Below are positions 1 to 8,592 of a DNA stretch of 64,000 nt, in pieces. This stretch comes from an uncultured delta proteobacterium. Its GTDB lineage: Bacteria > Myxococcota_A > UBA9160 > SMWR01. Within the stretch, counting starts at the first letter, position 1. Each line of letters starts with the position of its first letter. The position numbers and the translations under genes were made by a program. The DNA is taken from contig CAWHTE010000001.1 of NCBI GenBank assembly GCA_963832165.1, positions 1 through 64,000 on the forward strand, given 5' to 3'. The notes below the pieces were generated by a model. The model was not told where the DNA came from, did not search any database, and was given only the letters and a program-made list of their open reading frames with translations.

Positions 1-4
1 TAGT

Positions 5-93
5 TGGCGGAGAGAGTGGGATTCGAACCCACGGTACCTTTTGGGTACACACGCTTTCCAAGCGTGCGCCTTCAGCCACTCGGCCATCTCTCC
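5..93 (-). tRNA. tRNA-Ser (anticodon GGA)
   Basis: Reverse complement begins GGAGAGATGGCCGAGTGG, has anticodon loop TTGGAAA, a long variable arm, T-loop GGTTCGAATCC and an encoded CCA. Confidence 0.97.
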
Positions 94-115
94 GGTGAAA
101 CTAGTGACGAACTAG

Positions 116-205
<90 letters not shown>

Positions 206-487
206 GCGACGCGCGCAGGATAACGCGGGTCGCGGCGGGATTCCCAGGCCGCAGCGCGGACGTATCGCGGCCCCGCCAGTGCGAGACCGGCGGGGCCGCG
301 GGCCCGAGCATATTCCGCATTGGGCCATGCCCTGGTGATGGCGTCTAGACAGGGAGGTTGGTGCTTTAGCCTTCGACTCGTGAGAGTTCGAACTGGCTGC
401 TTCGCTGCGCAGGATATTCGGCGCGTGTGGCAGTGTGATCCAGCCACGGCGGAGATCCGATGACGCCCCGGCGATCTGCGCTGCGCG

Positions 488-1915
488 CTAGGGCTCGGGA
501 TCCGGGCGGATCTCGAGGCGCTTGCGCTGCGACGCGCGGATCCGCTCGCGCTCGGCTTCGCGCACCTTCTCGAGCACGAGCGCGTCGTCGAACACGAGCG
601 CGAAGCGGCGCTCGTGCACGACCCCGTCGCTCGTGCGCGCGTGGATCACCAGCGCGTTGGCTCCGCTCGCGACCGGGACGCGAACCCGGAAGCCGCCCCG
701 AGCGTCGAGCGACGCGGCGACGCCCGGATACTTCGCGGCGTTGCCCTCGACCCACACGGCTTCGGCCACGGGCAGCGCGATCGCGCCCAGGAACGGCGTC
801 GCATAAGCCTGCGGCGGCACGCGCCGGAAGCTGCCGCGCGCGTGCGTGAGCGCGCGCCGCACGAGCGCGGGGTCTTCCGCGGCGAGGCCGCCCAGCGCGA
901 TCCAGTGCAGGGTCGCGCCACGCGAGCCTACGCGCGCGGCCGCGCGCAGCAGCGGATCGCCCGGCGCGGGCTCCGCGGTCGAATCGATCCGCGCGCCGTC
1001 GATGCCCAGCACGATCACCGCGCGCGCCGCGGGGCGCGCGTCCTCGAGGACGGCGAGCGCCGCCTCGAGCGCCGCCGGCAGCGCGAAGCGCGACACGACC
1101 GAGCGCTGCGGGATCTGGGCGAGTGCCTGGTCGAGCGCGGCCGCGTCGGTGCTCCACGCGAGCTCGCGTCGCACGCCCGCGAACTTGCCTTCGCCGTTCG
1201 ACGGCGGGATCGCTTCGCTCTCCCGCCCTACGACGAGTGCGCTCGGATACGAGAGCAGCGCGATGCGCACGGCGCCCAGGCGCGGAGCGAGCCCGCGCAC
1301 GAACGAGCGCGCAGCCGAGATCTGCGCGGCGAGCGCGGTCTTCGGCGCGCCGCGGTCGACGAGCAGCACCACGTCGTACTCGCTGCCCGCGAGTCCGTCG
1401 ACGTCGACGCTCCCGCGCAGCTCCACGAATGGCTCCGGAGCGCGCACCACCGCGCCCTCGTCGGGCGACGAGACCGAGATCGCAGTGAGCTGGTCGCCCG
1501 ACGCGAACCGATCCGCCGCGCAGCGCGACATCACCTCGGCGTCGAAGACGGGAAACGGGCGCCAGGCCGGCTCGTCGCGGTCGTCCGGCACCGGCGCGCA
1601 GCGCCAGCGCAGCTCGTTCCAGAGCTGACCCGCGTCCTCGACCTGGCAGCTCGGCACCGTCACGCGCGGATGGAGTGCGTGCGGCCGCCACGCGCGGTTC
1701 ACGCGATCGTAGACCTCCAGCTCGATCGCGTCGGTGCCGCAGTCGCCGCCGTCGTAGTAGACGCGGATCGGGTCGGCTCCGGGGCTGCCCGCGCGCGCGG
1801 GCAGTGCGATGGCCGCGGCGAGTACAGCAGCGACTAACAGGATCGCGCGCGCGAGGCCTTCTCGGCTGGCGGGATCGCTTCGCTCTCCCGCCCTACCGGA
1901 CCGAGACCCGAGCAA
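488..1915 (-). CDS. Secreted protein with a degenerate VWA domain and flanking beta-rich (Ig-like) segments
   Basis: Hydrophobic signal (AILLVAAVLAAAIALPARA); YDVVLLVDRG...AARSFV...VRIALLSY...VIVLGIDG resembles a VWA fold with an eroded MIDAS. TTG start is uncertain. Confidence 0.6.
   Translation of the reverse strand: MLGSRSGRAGERSDPASREGLARAILLVAAVLAAAIALPARAGSPGADPIRVYYDGGDCGTDAIELEVYDRVNRAWRPHALHPRVTVPSCQVEDAGQLWNELRWRCAPVPDDRDEPAWRPFPVFDAEVMSRCAADRFASGDQLTAISVSSPDEGAVVRAPEPFVELRGSVDVDGLAGSEYDVVLLVDRGAPKTALAAQISAARSFVRGLAPRLGAVRIALLSYPSALVVGRESEAIPPSNGEGKFAGVRRELAWSTDAAALDQALAQIPQRSVVSRFALPAALEAALAVLEDARPAARAVIVLGIDGARIDSTAEPAPGDPLLRAAARVGSRGATLHWIALGGLAAEDPALVRRALTHARGSFRRVPPQAYATPFLGAIALPVAEAVWVEGNAAKYPGVAASLDARGGFRVRVPVASGANALVIHARTSDGVVHERRFALVFDDALVLEKVREAERERIRASQRKRLEIRPDPEP
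1203..1231 (-). repeat. GTAG-family REP element inside a CDS
   Basis: GTAGGGCGGGAGAGCGAAGCGATCCCGCC on the minus strand, identical to 1868-1896. Confidence 0.85.
1868..1896 (-). repeat. GTAG-family REP element
   Basis: Exact 29-nt copy of 1203-1231; GTAG followed by a GGCGGGA...TCCCGCC hairpin. Confidence 0.85.
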
Positions 1916-1918
1916 GCG

Positions 1919-2920
1919 TCAGCCCACGTCCGCCTCGGCGCCCGGCATGCGGCGGACGAGGCCGCGGTAGGCCTGCTGCGCGGTGCGCCCCTCGTGCACC
2001 ACGCCGAACACCTCGCTCGCGATCGGCATCTCGACGCCGTTCTTCGCCGCGAGCTCGAGCACGACGCGCGAGGTCGAGACGCCTTCGGCCACCATGTGCA
2101 TCTCCGCGGTGATCTCGGCGATCGTGCGCCCCTTGCCGAGCTGCTCGCCGACGTAGCGGTTGCGGCTCTGCGGTGACACGCAGGTGGCGATCAGGTCGCC
2201 CATGCCGGCGAGGCCCGAGAACGTGGGCGCGTCGCCGCCCATCGCCACGCCGAGCCGCGTGATCTCGGCGAGCCCGCGCGTGATCACGGCCGAGCGCGTG
2301 TTGTCGCCGACGCCGAGGCCGTCGCCCATGCCCGTGGCGATCGCGATCACGTTCTTGAGCGCGCCGCCGAGCTCGCAGCCGATCACGTCGTGGTTCGTGT
2401 AGACCCGGAACAGCCCCGAGTGGAATACGCGCTGCACCTGGCGCGCGATGCGATCGTCGTCGATCGCGATCACGCTCGCGGCCGCGAAGCCGGCCATGAT
2501 CTCGCGCGCGAGGTTCGGCCCCGTGAGCGCGCCGGCCTGGTGATCCGGGATCACGTCCTGGATCACCTGCGTCATGCGCAACAGGCTGTCGCGCTCGAGA
2601 CCCTTCGCGAGAGAGACGAGCGGCACCCACGGGCGCAGGAACTTCTTCACCTCGGCGAGCACTGCGCGCAGACCGTGCGAGGGCACGCCCATCACGACGA
2701 GGTCGGCGTCGCGCACGGCCTCTTCGATCGAGTCCGTGGCGAGCAGCGCGCGCGGCAGCGGCGTGCGCGGCAGGTAGCACTCGTTGGTGTGCTGCTCGTT
2801 GATCTCCTGCGCGATCTCGGGGCGTCGCGACCAGAGCACCGTGGGCGCATTGCGGCACGCGAGCGTGGCGACGGTGGTTCCCCACGACCCGGCTCCGAGC
2901 ACGGCCACGCGAAGTTCCAC
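1919..2920 (-). CDS. gpsA: NAD(P)H-dependent glycerol-3-phosphate dehydrogenase
   Basis: VAVLGAGSWGT Rossmann motif, LAKGLE, TGPNLAREI, GGALKNVIAIA, GLAGMGDLIATC, SRNR. GTG start lies 2 nt after the upstream stop. Confidence 0.93.
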   Translation of the reverse strand: MELRVAVLGAGSWGTTVATLACRNAPTVLWSRRPEIAQEINEQHTNECYLPRTPLPRALLATDSIEEAVRDADLVVMGVPSHGLRAVLAEVKKFLRPWVPLVSLAKGLERDSLLRMTQVIQDVIPDHQAGALTGPNLAREIMAGFAAASVIAIDDDRIARQVQRVFHSGLFRVYTNHDVIGCELGGALKNVIAIATGMGDGLGVGDNTRSAVITRGLAEITRLGVAMGGDAPTFSGLAGMGDLIATCVSPQSRNRYVGEQLGKGRTIAEITAEMHMVAEGVSTSRVVLELAAKNGVEMPIASEVFGVVHEGRTAQQAYRGLVRRMPGAEADVG

Positions 2921-2922
2921 GA

Positions 2923-4359
2923 CTAACCCTCCAGAACCTCGATGAACTTGTTGCGGATCGCCTCGATCTCGTCGTCGAGCGTCGCCTTGGTCCAGCCGCT
3001 CGTGTCGATCGGCGACAGCACCACCGCCTCGACCGTCGCGGGATGGATCACGATCCCGTCCTTGGGCAGCGCGTCGAGCACGTTGCGGAACACGACCGGC
3101 ACGATCGGCACACCCGCCTGCATCGCGAGGTGGAACGCGCCCTTCTTGAACTTGCCCAGACGCGGCGTCTTCTGGCGCGTGCCCTCGGGCGCGATCGCGA
3201 TCGAGCGGCCCTGGCGCAGCGCCTCGAGCGCGGGGCCGAGCGCCTCGATCGCCTTCTTCGAGTCGGCGCGGTCGATGAACACGACGCCCGCGGCCGAGAA
3301 CAGCGGGCCGAAGATCGGATTGCGCTTGATCTCCTGCTTGGCCACTCCGGTGACGTCGCGGCGCACCATCTTGAGGATCAGCGGCGCATCGAGCCCGCTC
3401 TGGTGGTTGAAGATGAACACCGCGGGCCGGTGCGACCAGAGGTGCTCCTCGCCCTCGACGCGCAGATCGACGCCCGAGAGCGCGATGGAGAGGTCGCCCC
3501 AGAGCGAGCCCATCACGTTCACGGCTTCGCGCTGCGAGCGGTTGATCAAGCCGACCGCGGCACCCGCGATCATCGACGGCACGATGCTGGCGTACGCGAG
3601 CGCCGTGCGCGCGATCTGCCCGAGTTCGGGCCGCCCGCGGCTCGAGAAGCGCTGCACCGGCCAGCGCCGCTCCTTGGCGATCTGCGCGAGGCGCTGGTCG
3701 GGATTGGTCGGCCGCGGGTGGCCGACGTTCTCGAGCAGCGGCAGATCGTCGATGCTGTCGGTGTAGAAATAACTCGCGTCGAGATCGAGATCGAGCTCCT
3801 CGGCGAGATCCTCGGCGGCCAGCAGCTTCCCGCGCCCGAAGCAGGGTGGCCGGATGATGCTGCCCGTGAGCACACCGTCCTTGGCCTCGAGCCGCGTGCA
3901 CAGCACGTGGTCGACGCCGAGCTCGCGCGCCACCGGATCCACCTGATACGGCGTCGCCGACGACACGATCGCGATCGTGTGGCCGCGCTCGCGGTGCGCG
4001 CGCACGAGCGCACGCGATTCCGGGAAGATCTGCGTGGCGAGGTGCTTGTCGAACACTTCCTGGCCGAGCGCGTCGAACGAGGCCTCGGTGAGGCCGCGAT
4101 AGGCCTGCGTGTGCGCGGAGACGAACCCCGAGAAGCCCGTGCGCCCGAGCGCGAACGACAGCGTGCCGATCAGGCCCTGCGCGAGCTCGGTGGGCCCGAC
4201 CTTCCCGCTCGTGATCCGCTCGCGCATGAAAGACATCGCAGAGAAGCCCGCGAGCAGCGTGCGGTCGACGTCGAAGAACGCCGCGATCTTGGGGCCCGAA
4301 GGGCCCTCGCGGATCTCCCGGGTGAGCTTGTCGTGGAGCAACGGCGCCTCCGGCCCCAT
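2923..4359 (-). CDS. HAD-IB hydrolase / 1-acylglycerol-3-phosphate acyltransferase (PlsC-type) fusion
   Basis: N-terminal FFDVDRT HAD motif and YTDSIDDLPLL; C-terminal FNHQSGLD, FIDR and PEGTR acyltransferase blocks. Confidence 0.9.
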   Translation of the reverse strand: MGPEAPLLHDKLTREIREGPSGPKIAAFFDVDRTLLAGFSAMSFMRERITSGKVGPTELAQGLIGTLSFALGRTGFSGFVSAHTQAYRGLTEASFDALGQEVFDKHLATQIFPESRALVRAHRERGHTIAIVSSATPYQVDPVARELGVDHVLCTRLEAKDGVLTGSIIRPPCFGRGKLLAAEDLAEELDLDLDASYFYTDSIDDLPLLENVGHPRPTNPDQRLAQIAKERRWPVQRFSSRGRPELGQIARTALAYASIVPSMIAGAAVGLINRSQREAVNVMGSLWGDLSIALSGVDLRVEGEEHLWSHRPAVFIFNHQSGLDAPLILKMVRRDVTGVAKQEIKRNPIFGPLFSAAGVVFIDRADSKKAIEALGPALEALRQGRSIAIAPEGTRQKTPRLGKFKKGAFHLAMQAGVPIVPVVFRNVLDALPKDGIVIHPATVEAVVLSPIDTSGWTKATLDDEIEAIRNKFIEVLEG

Positions 4360-4404
4360 CCTTGCAGGGGATGCCAGTCTAAACTTAAGACAGGAACAAT
4401 ACCG

Positions 4405-5697
4405 ATGAAGAGCCCCCTCGCGCGCCGCCGGGTCCGCCGGGTGCTCGCTCGCGGGATGCGAGCGAGCCGACCCATCCGGCGCCTGCTCTACCGGGGATCG
4501 CCCTTGCCGACTCAGGTCCACCTGTCGTGGACGCGAGATCCGGCACACACACTCGTGATCGCGTGGAAGACCGGCGCGCTGCGGATGCCCGCACAGGCCG
4601 AGATCCGCCTGGCGGCGGGGTCGGAGTGGCGGCGCTTCGCTGCCATGACCGTGCGTGCTGCGGGCGGCGGCCTGCTGCACTGCAGCGCGATCGATGGCCT
4701 CGAGCCGGCGACGGCCTACGAGCTGCGCGTCTCGGGAGATCCCGAGCGCGCAGAGCACTGGAGCGCGATCCATCGCGCGCGCACCGCGCCTGCGCGCGCA
4801 AACGACCCGTTCTGCGCGGTGTTCTTCGCCGACGTCGGGATCGCCGCGCGGCGGGATGGGACCAGCGATGCCGCGCCTCGCGTGATCGCCGAGATGATTG
4901 CGGACGCGCCGCTCGTGGCGCTCGGCGGCGGCGACTACGCCTATGCCGACACGGATACGCGCTTTTTCGATCCGGCCGATGCGATCGATGCGTGGTTCGG
5001 GCAGATGCAGCCGCTGTTCGCGCGGGCGCCGTTCATGCCGGTGTTCGGCAACCACGAGATCGAGCTCGGCGAGGGCTACGAGGAGTGGGCGCCGCGTCTC
5101 GCGCTGCCGGACGGCGAGGAAGCGGGACGCAGCTACTCGTTCGACATCGGGGCGGCGCACTTTTGCGCGCTGCACGCGCCCGGGCAGGTTCCTGCCCCCC
5201 GCCACCTCGCGTGGCTCGACCGCGATCTCGCCGCTGCACGCCGCGGCGGAGCCAGCTGGATCGTCGTCTACCAACACGCGGCAGTGTTCGGGAACGGCAC
5301 GGCCCACCCCGCGCATCCGGGCATGCGCACTGCGCTCTCACCGATCCTCGAGCGCCACCGTGTCGATCTGCACCTGTCCGCGCACGACCAGAGCTACGAG
5401 CGGACGCACCCGCTCGTAGAGGGCGCGTCGCGCGCCGCCTCGCGCGATCCGCAGCGGATCGCCGCGGGCAGTGGCGTCGTCTACGCGAAGATCAGCCCGG
5501 CCGGCAAGCGGTCGAACCGCGGCGGCGACTTCTCGCGACTGCTCCAGCCGATGTCGGCAGACCTGGCTGCGCGACACGACGCGTGCCATCACTACGGCCT
5601 GCTGCGCGTCTGCGCACAGCGGCTCGACGTCGAGGTCGTCGGCGTTCCCGAGGACGGCCCGCGGCGCACGATCGATCGCTTCTCGATCGAAGCCTGA
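4405..5697 (+). CDS. Purple acid phosphatase-family metallophosphoesterase with an N-terminal Fn3-like domain
   Basis: ADVG, GGDYAYAD, GNHE, H and SAHDQSYER metal-ligand motifs; GLEPATAYELRV in the N-domain. Confidence 0.85.
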   Translation: MKSPLARRRVRRVLARGMRASRPIRRLLYRGSPLPTQVHLSWTRDPAHTLVIAWKTGALRMPAQAEIRLAAGSEWRRFAAMTVRAAGGGLLHCSAIDGLEPATAYELRVSGDPERAEHWSAIHRARTAPARANDPFCAVFFADVGIAARRDGTSDAAPRVIAEMIADAPLVALGGGDYAYADTDTRFFDPADAIDAWFGQMQPLFARAPFMPVFGNHEIELGEGYEEWAPRLALPDGEEAGRSYSFDIGAAHFCALHAPGQVPAPRHLAWLDRDLAAARRGGASWIVVYQHAAVFGNGTAHPAHPGMRTALSPILERHRVDLHLSAHDQSYERTHPLVEGASRAASRDPQRIAAGSGVVYAKISPAGKRSNRGGDFSRLLQPMSADLAARHDACHHYGLLRVCAQRLDVEVVGVPEDGPRRTIDRFSIEA

Positions 5698-5703
5698 CGC
5701 GGG

Positions 5704-5791
5704 TGGCGGAGAGGGAGGGATTCGAACCCCCGGACGCTTTCGCGTCAGCGGTTTTCAAGACCGCCGCCTTAAACCGCTCGGCCACCTCTCC
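5704..5791 (-). tRNA. tRNA-Ser (anticodon TGA)
   Basis: Reverse complement GGAGAGGTGGCCGAGCGGTTTAAGGCGGCGGT-CTTGAAA-ACCGC..., variable arm, GGTTCGAATCC, CCA. Confidence 0.97.
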
Positions 5792-5847
5792 GGGCGGCGA
5801 AAAGCCTAGCGCGTGCCCGGGCCTGGTCAGAATGACGCGGGTCACGC

Positions 5848-6933
5848 CTAACGCGGCTGCTGGCTCTTCTTCCGCGAGTGCAGCGCGGCGAGCTGCGCGA
5901 TCCCACTCACCAGCGCGAGGCCGAAGCCCGGCTCCGGCACCGCGATCGCGAGGGTGTGTAACGGGCCCGCCGCAATCGCCGAGGCGGCGCCGGTCGTTCC
6001 GTTCACGGTGGCAGGCGGAGTCGCCTGTCCGTAGTCGTTGTTGCCCCAGCAGACGACCGCACCGCTGCCAGATCGGATTGCGCAGCTGGAGCGATAGCCC
6101 GCCGCAATCGCCGAGGCGGTGCCCGAGGTTCCGTTCACGGAGGCCGGCGGCGTCGCCGCTCCATCGGTGTTGGAGCCCCAGCAGACGACCGCGCTGCTGC
6201 CGGACCGGATGGCGCAGCTGTGGTAGTCGCTCGCCGCAATCGCCGAGGCGGTGCCCGAGGTTCCGTTCACGGAGGCAGGTGGGGTCGCTTGTCCGTAGTC
6301 GTTGTTGCCCCAGCAGACGACCGCGCTGCTGCCGGATCGGATGGCACAGCCGTGGAAGCCGCCCGCCGCAATCGCCGAGGCGGTGCCCGAGGTTCCGTTC
6401 ACGGTGGCAGGCGGAGTCGCCTGTCCGTAGTCGTTGCTGCCCCAGCAGATGACTGCGCCGCTGCCGGACTGGATTGCGCAGCTGTACGTACCGCCCGCCT
6501 CAATGGCCGAGGCGGTGCCGGTCGTCCCGTTCACAGAGTCAGGCGGGTCCGCCTCCCCGAAGAAAAAGGCGCCCCAGCAGACGACCACGCCGCTGCCGGA
6601 CTGGATCGCACAGTTGTGGAAGGTGCCCGCCGCAATCGCCGAGGCGCTGCCCGAGGTTCCGTTCACCGAGGCAGGCGGGGTCGCCTGCCCGTACTCGTCC
6701 TCGCCCCAGCAGACGACCACGCTGCTGCCGGGCTGGATGGCACAGCTGTGGTAGTCGCCCGCCGCAATCGCCGAGGCGCCGCCGTTCACGTGGTCAGGCG
6801 GGGTCGTTTGTCCGTCGGAGTTGTAGCCCCAGCCGACCACCGTGCCCGAGGTGCCCTCCGCTGAGCTCCCCGTGAGCAGGCCGACGCATGCCGCGAGCAC
6901 TACCAAGAGATCCGTCCATCGAGGCCAAGTCAT
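5848..6933 (-). CDS. Secreted RCC1/BLIP-II-like seven-repeat beta-propeller with a PEP-CTERM sorting signal
   Basis: Signal peptide; seven SAIxAG..H.CAI..V.CWG.N..GQ units at a 44-aa (132-nt) period; C-terminal VPEP, hydrophobic helix and RKK. Confidence 0.85.
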   Translation of the reverse strand: MTWPRWTDLLVVLAACVGLLTGSSAEGTSGTVVGWGYNSDGQTTPPDHVNGGASAIAAGDYHSCAIQPGSSVVVCWGEDEYGQATPPASVNGTSGSASAIAAGTFHNCAIQSGSGVVVCWGAFFFGEADPPDSVNGTTGTASAIEAGGTYSCAIQSGSGAVICWGSNDYGQATPPATVNGTSGTASAIAAGGFHGCAIRSGSSAVVCWGNNDYGQATPPASVNGTSGTASAIAASDYHSCAIRSGSSAVVCWGSNTDGAATPPASVNGTSGTASAIAAGYRSSCAIRSGSGAVVCWGNNDYGQATPPATVNGTTGAASAIAAGPLHTLAIAVPEPGFGLALVSGIAQLAALHSRKKSQQPR

Positions 6934-7054
6934 CGAAGTAAAAACCACAATGCACCTTCTGGGCCGCGGCGCGGCGAGCGTCACCTGTGAAAGGCAACCG
7001 GCCTCGCCAAACAAGCCGAGAACGCGGCGATCAGAGCGAGCGAGGCGAAACGTC

Positions 7055-7085
7055 TTTCAAGACCGACGCCTCAAACTGCCCAGCC
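7055..7085 (-). repeat. Degenerate copy of the 5' half of tRNA-Ser(TGA) (att-like scar)
   Basis: 26 of 31 nt are identical to 5753-5783 in the same orientation, starting at the anticodon loop. Confidence 0.65.
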
Positions 7086-7151
7086 GGAGGCTCTCGCGCG
7101 AGAAGCATAGGCGAAGCAAGCTCGATTACGAGAGCAACGACGGAGGAATCG

Positions 7152-7613
7152 ATGGACGAGCCGCTCTCCGCGGACGACCGCTTCGCGATCGGCGACGTGA
7201 TCGGGCGCTACGGGCGCGCGGTGGACCTCGGCGAGTGGGCGCTCTTCGAGACCACCTTCACCGCCGACGCCGAGCTCGACTACCGCTCGGCGGGCGGCCC
7301 GATCGGCTCGCGCGGCGAGATCCGCGATTGGCTCGCGCGCAGCCGCGCGGGTCTCGCGGGCTGGCAGCACCATCTCTCGCCGCCGCGTCTCGAGCGCCGC
7401 GGTGAGCGCGTCCATGCCAGCACCGACGTCTACACGCCGAACCTCATGCGCGATGCCGCGGGTGTGCTGGCGCTCCTGCATACCGGCGGCCGCTACCACG
7501 ATGAGCTCGTGCGCACCGCGGAGGGCTGGCGCATCGCGCGCCGGCGTTACGAGAACGTGTGGGCGCACGGCGCTGGTGCCGGGAGCGCGATCCCCGACCC
7601 GCTCGCGCGCTAG
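7152..7613 (+). CDS. SnoaL/NTF2-like family protein
   Basis: GGAGG RBS; RYGRAVD..W..F...FTADA..DY and GGRYHDELVRTAEGWRIARR are typical of SnoaL_4-type proteins. Confidence 0.85.
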   Translation: MDEPLSADDRFAIGDVIGRYGRAVDLGEWALFETTFTADAELDYRSAGGPIGSRGEIRDWLARSRAGLAGWQHHLSPPRLERRGERVHASTDVYTPNLMRDAAGVLALLHTGGRYHDELVRTAEGWRIARRRYENVWAHGAGAGSAIPDPLAR

Positions 7614-7657
7614 TCGCGGGCGCGGCAGGGCGGGTCCGGTGGGTTACGCTGCCGCCT

Positions 7658-8545
7658 GTGCCGGCCGAGTCGACGCGCCCGGGACGCGGAAGCTCCCTGA
7701 TCCGGATCGCGGTGGTCTATGCCGCCGCGTTATGGGTGTGCTTCGTCGTCTTCCATGCGCTGCACGCCCATCCGCTGCTGAACGTGCTCGCGGGGATGCT
7801 CGCCGCGACCGGGGTCACGTTCGCCGCGACGCTTCTCTGGCGCAACGGCTCCGTCTTCGACGCGTATTGGAGCGTGGTCCCTCCGCTCGTCGCGATCTAT
7901 CTCGCCGGTGTAGGCCGGTCGTTCGGCACGCCGCTGTGCACGGCGCTGCTGCTGGTCGTGTTCGCCTGGGGCGTGCGGCTCACGGCCAACTGGGCGATCG
8001 GCTGGCCGGGCCTCCACCACGAAGATTGGCGTTATGCGATGCTGTACGAGCGCGCGGGCATGCCGCGCTGGCTGGTTCAACTGCTCGCGGTCGATCTCGT
8101 GCCGACGCTCGTGATCTTCCTCGGCTGCATTCCGCTCTGGCCCGCGTTGACGCGCGGCGACGGGTCGCTCGGCGTGATCGGCGGCTCGGCCGCAGCGGTC
8201 GGGCTGTTCGCCACCGGCCTCGAGCTCGCCGCCGACGAGCAGCGCCGGGCCCATGCTCATGCCTCGCCCGGCAGACTGATGGACGTCGGTCTCTGGCGCT
8301 GGTGCCGCCATCCGAACTACCTCGGTGAGATCCTGTTCTGGATTTCGCTCTGGCTGTTCGCGATCGCCGCAGATCCCGCCGTCTGGTGGTGGACGGCGAT
8401 CGGCCCCGCCGCGATCGTCGCGCTGTTCGTCGGCGCGAGCATCCCCACGATGGAAGAGCGCAGCGCCGAGCGGCGTCCCGGTTGGGCGGAGTACGCGGCG
8501 CGCACGCCGGCGCTCTGGCCCCGGCGGCCGCAGACGCGAGCCTGA
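7658..8545 (+). CDS. DUF1295 / steroid 5-alpha-reductase-like membrane protein
   Basis: NGSVFDAYWS, EDWRY, ADEQ, GLWRWCRHPNYLGE, several TM helices. Start is approximate. Confidence 0.88.
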   Translation: MPAESTRPGRGSSLIRIAVVYAAALWVCFVVFHALHAHPLLNVLAGMLAATGVTFAATLLWRNGSVFDAYWSVVPPLVAIYLAGVGRSFGTPLCTALLLVVFAWGVRLTANWAIGWPGLHHEDWRYAMLYERAGMPRWLVQLLAVDLVPTLVIFLGCIPLWPALTRGDGSLGVIGGSAAAVGLFATGLELAADEQRRAHAHASPGRLMDVGLWRWCRHPNYLGEILFWISLWLFAIAADPAVWWWTAIGPAAIVALFVGASIPTMEERSAERRPGWAEYAARTPALWPRRPQTRA

Positions 8546-8592
8546 GCCGTTCGCGAACTCGAGCCAATGAGGCCGTGCGGATGGAGTGAGCC

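Noticed and set aside
325..460. Less GC-rich stretch starting GGTGATGGCGTC, superficially like a fluoride riboswitch
   Set aside because: The pairing partner and downstream conserved elements are missing and no plus-strand gene follows; more likely terminator/promoter DNA for the tRNA pair.
1919..5316. Long N-terminal extensions on gpsA (660 aa) and HAD/PlsC (797 aa) in the ORF track
   Set aside because: The extensions overlap neighbouring genes and are low-complexity; family motifs begin at 2920 and 4359.
5960..6850. Regular direct repeats that might suggest a CRISPR array
   Set aside because: The 132-nt period is in-frame coding repeat with no unique spacers, and there are no cas genes.
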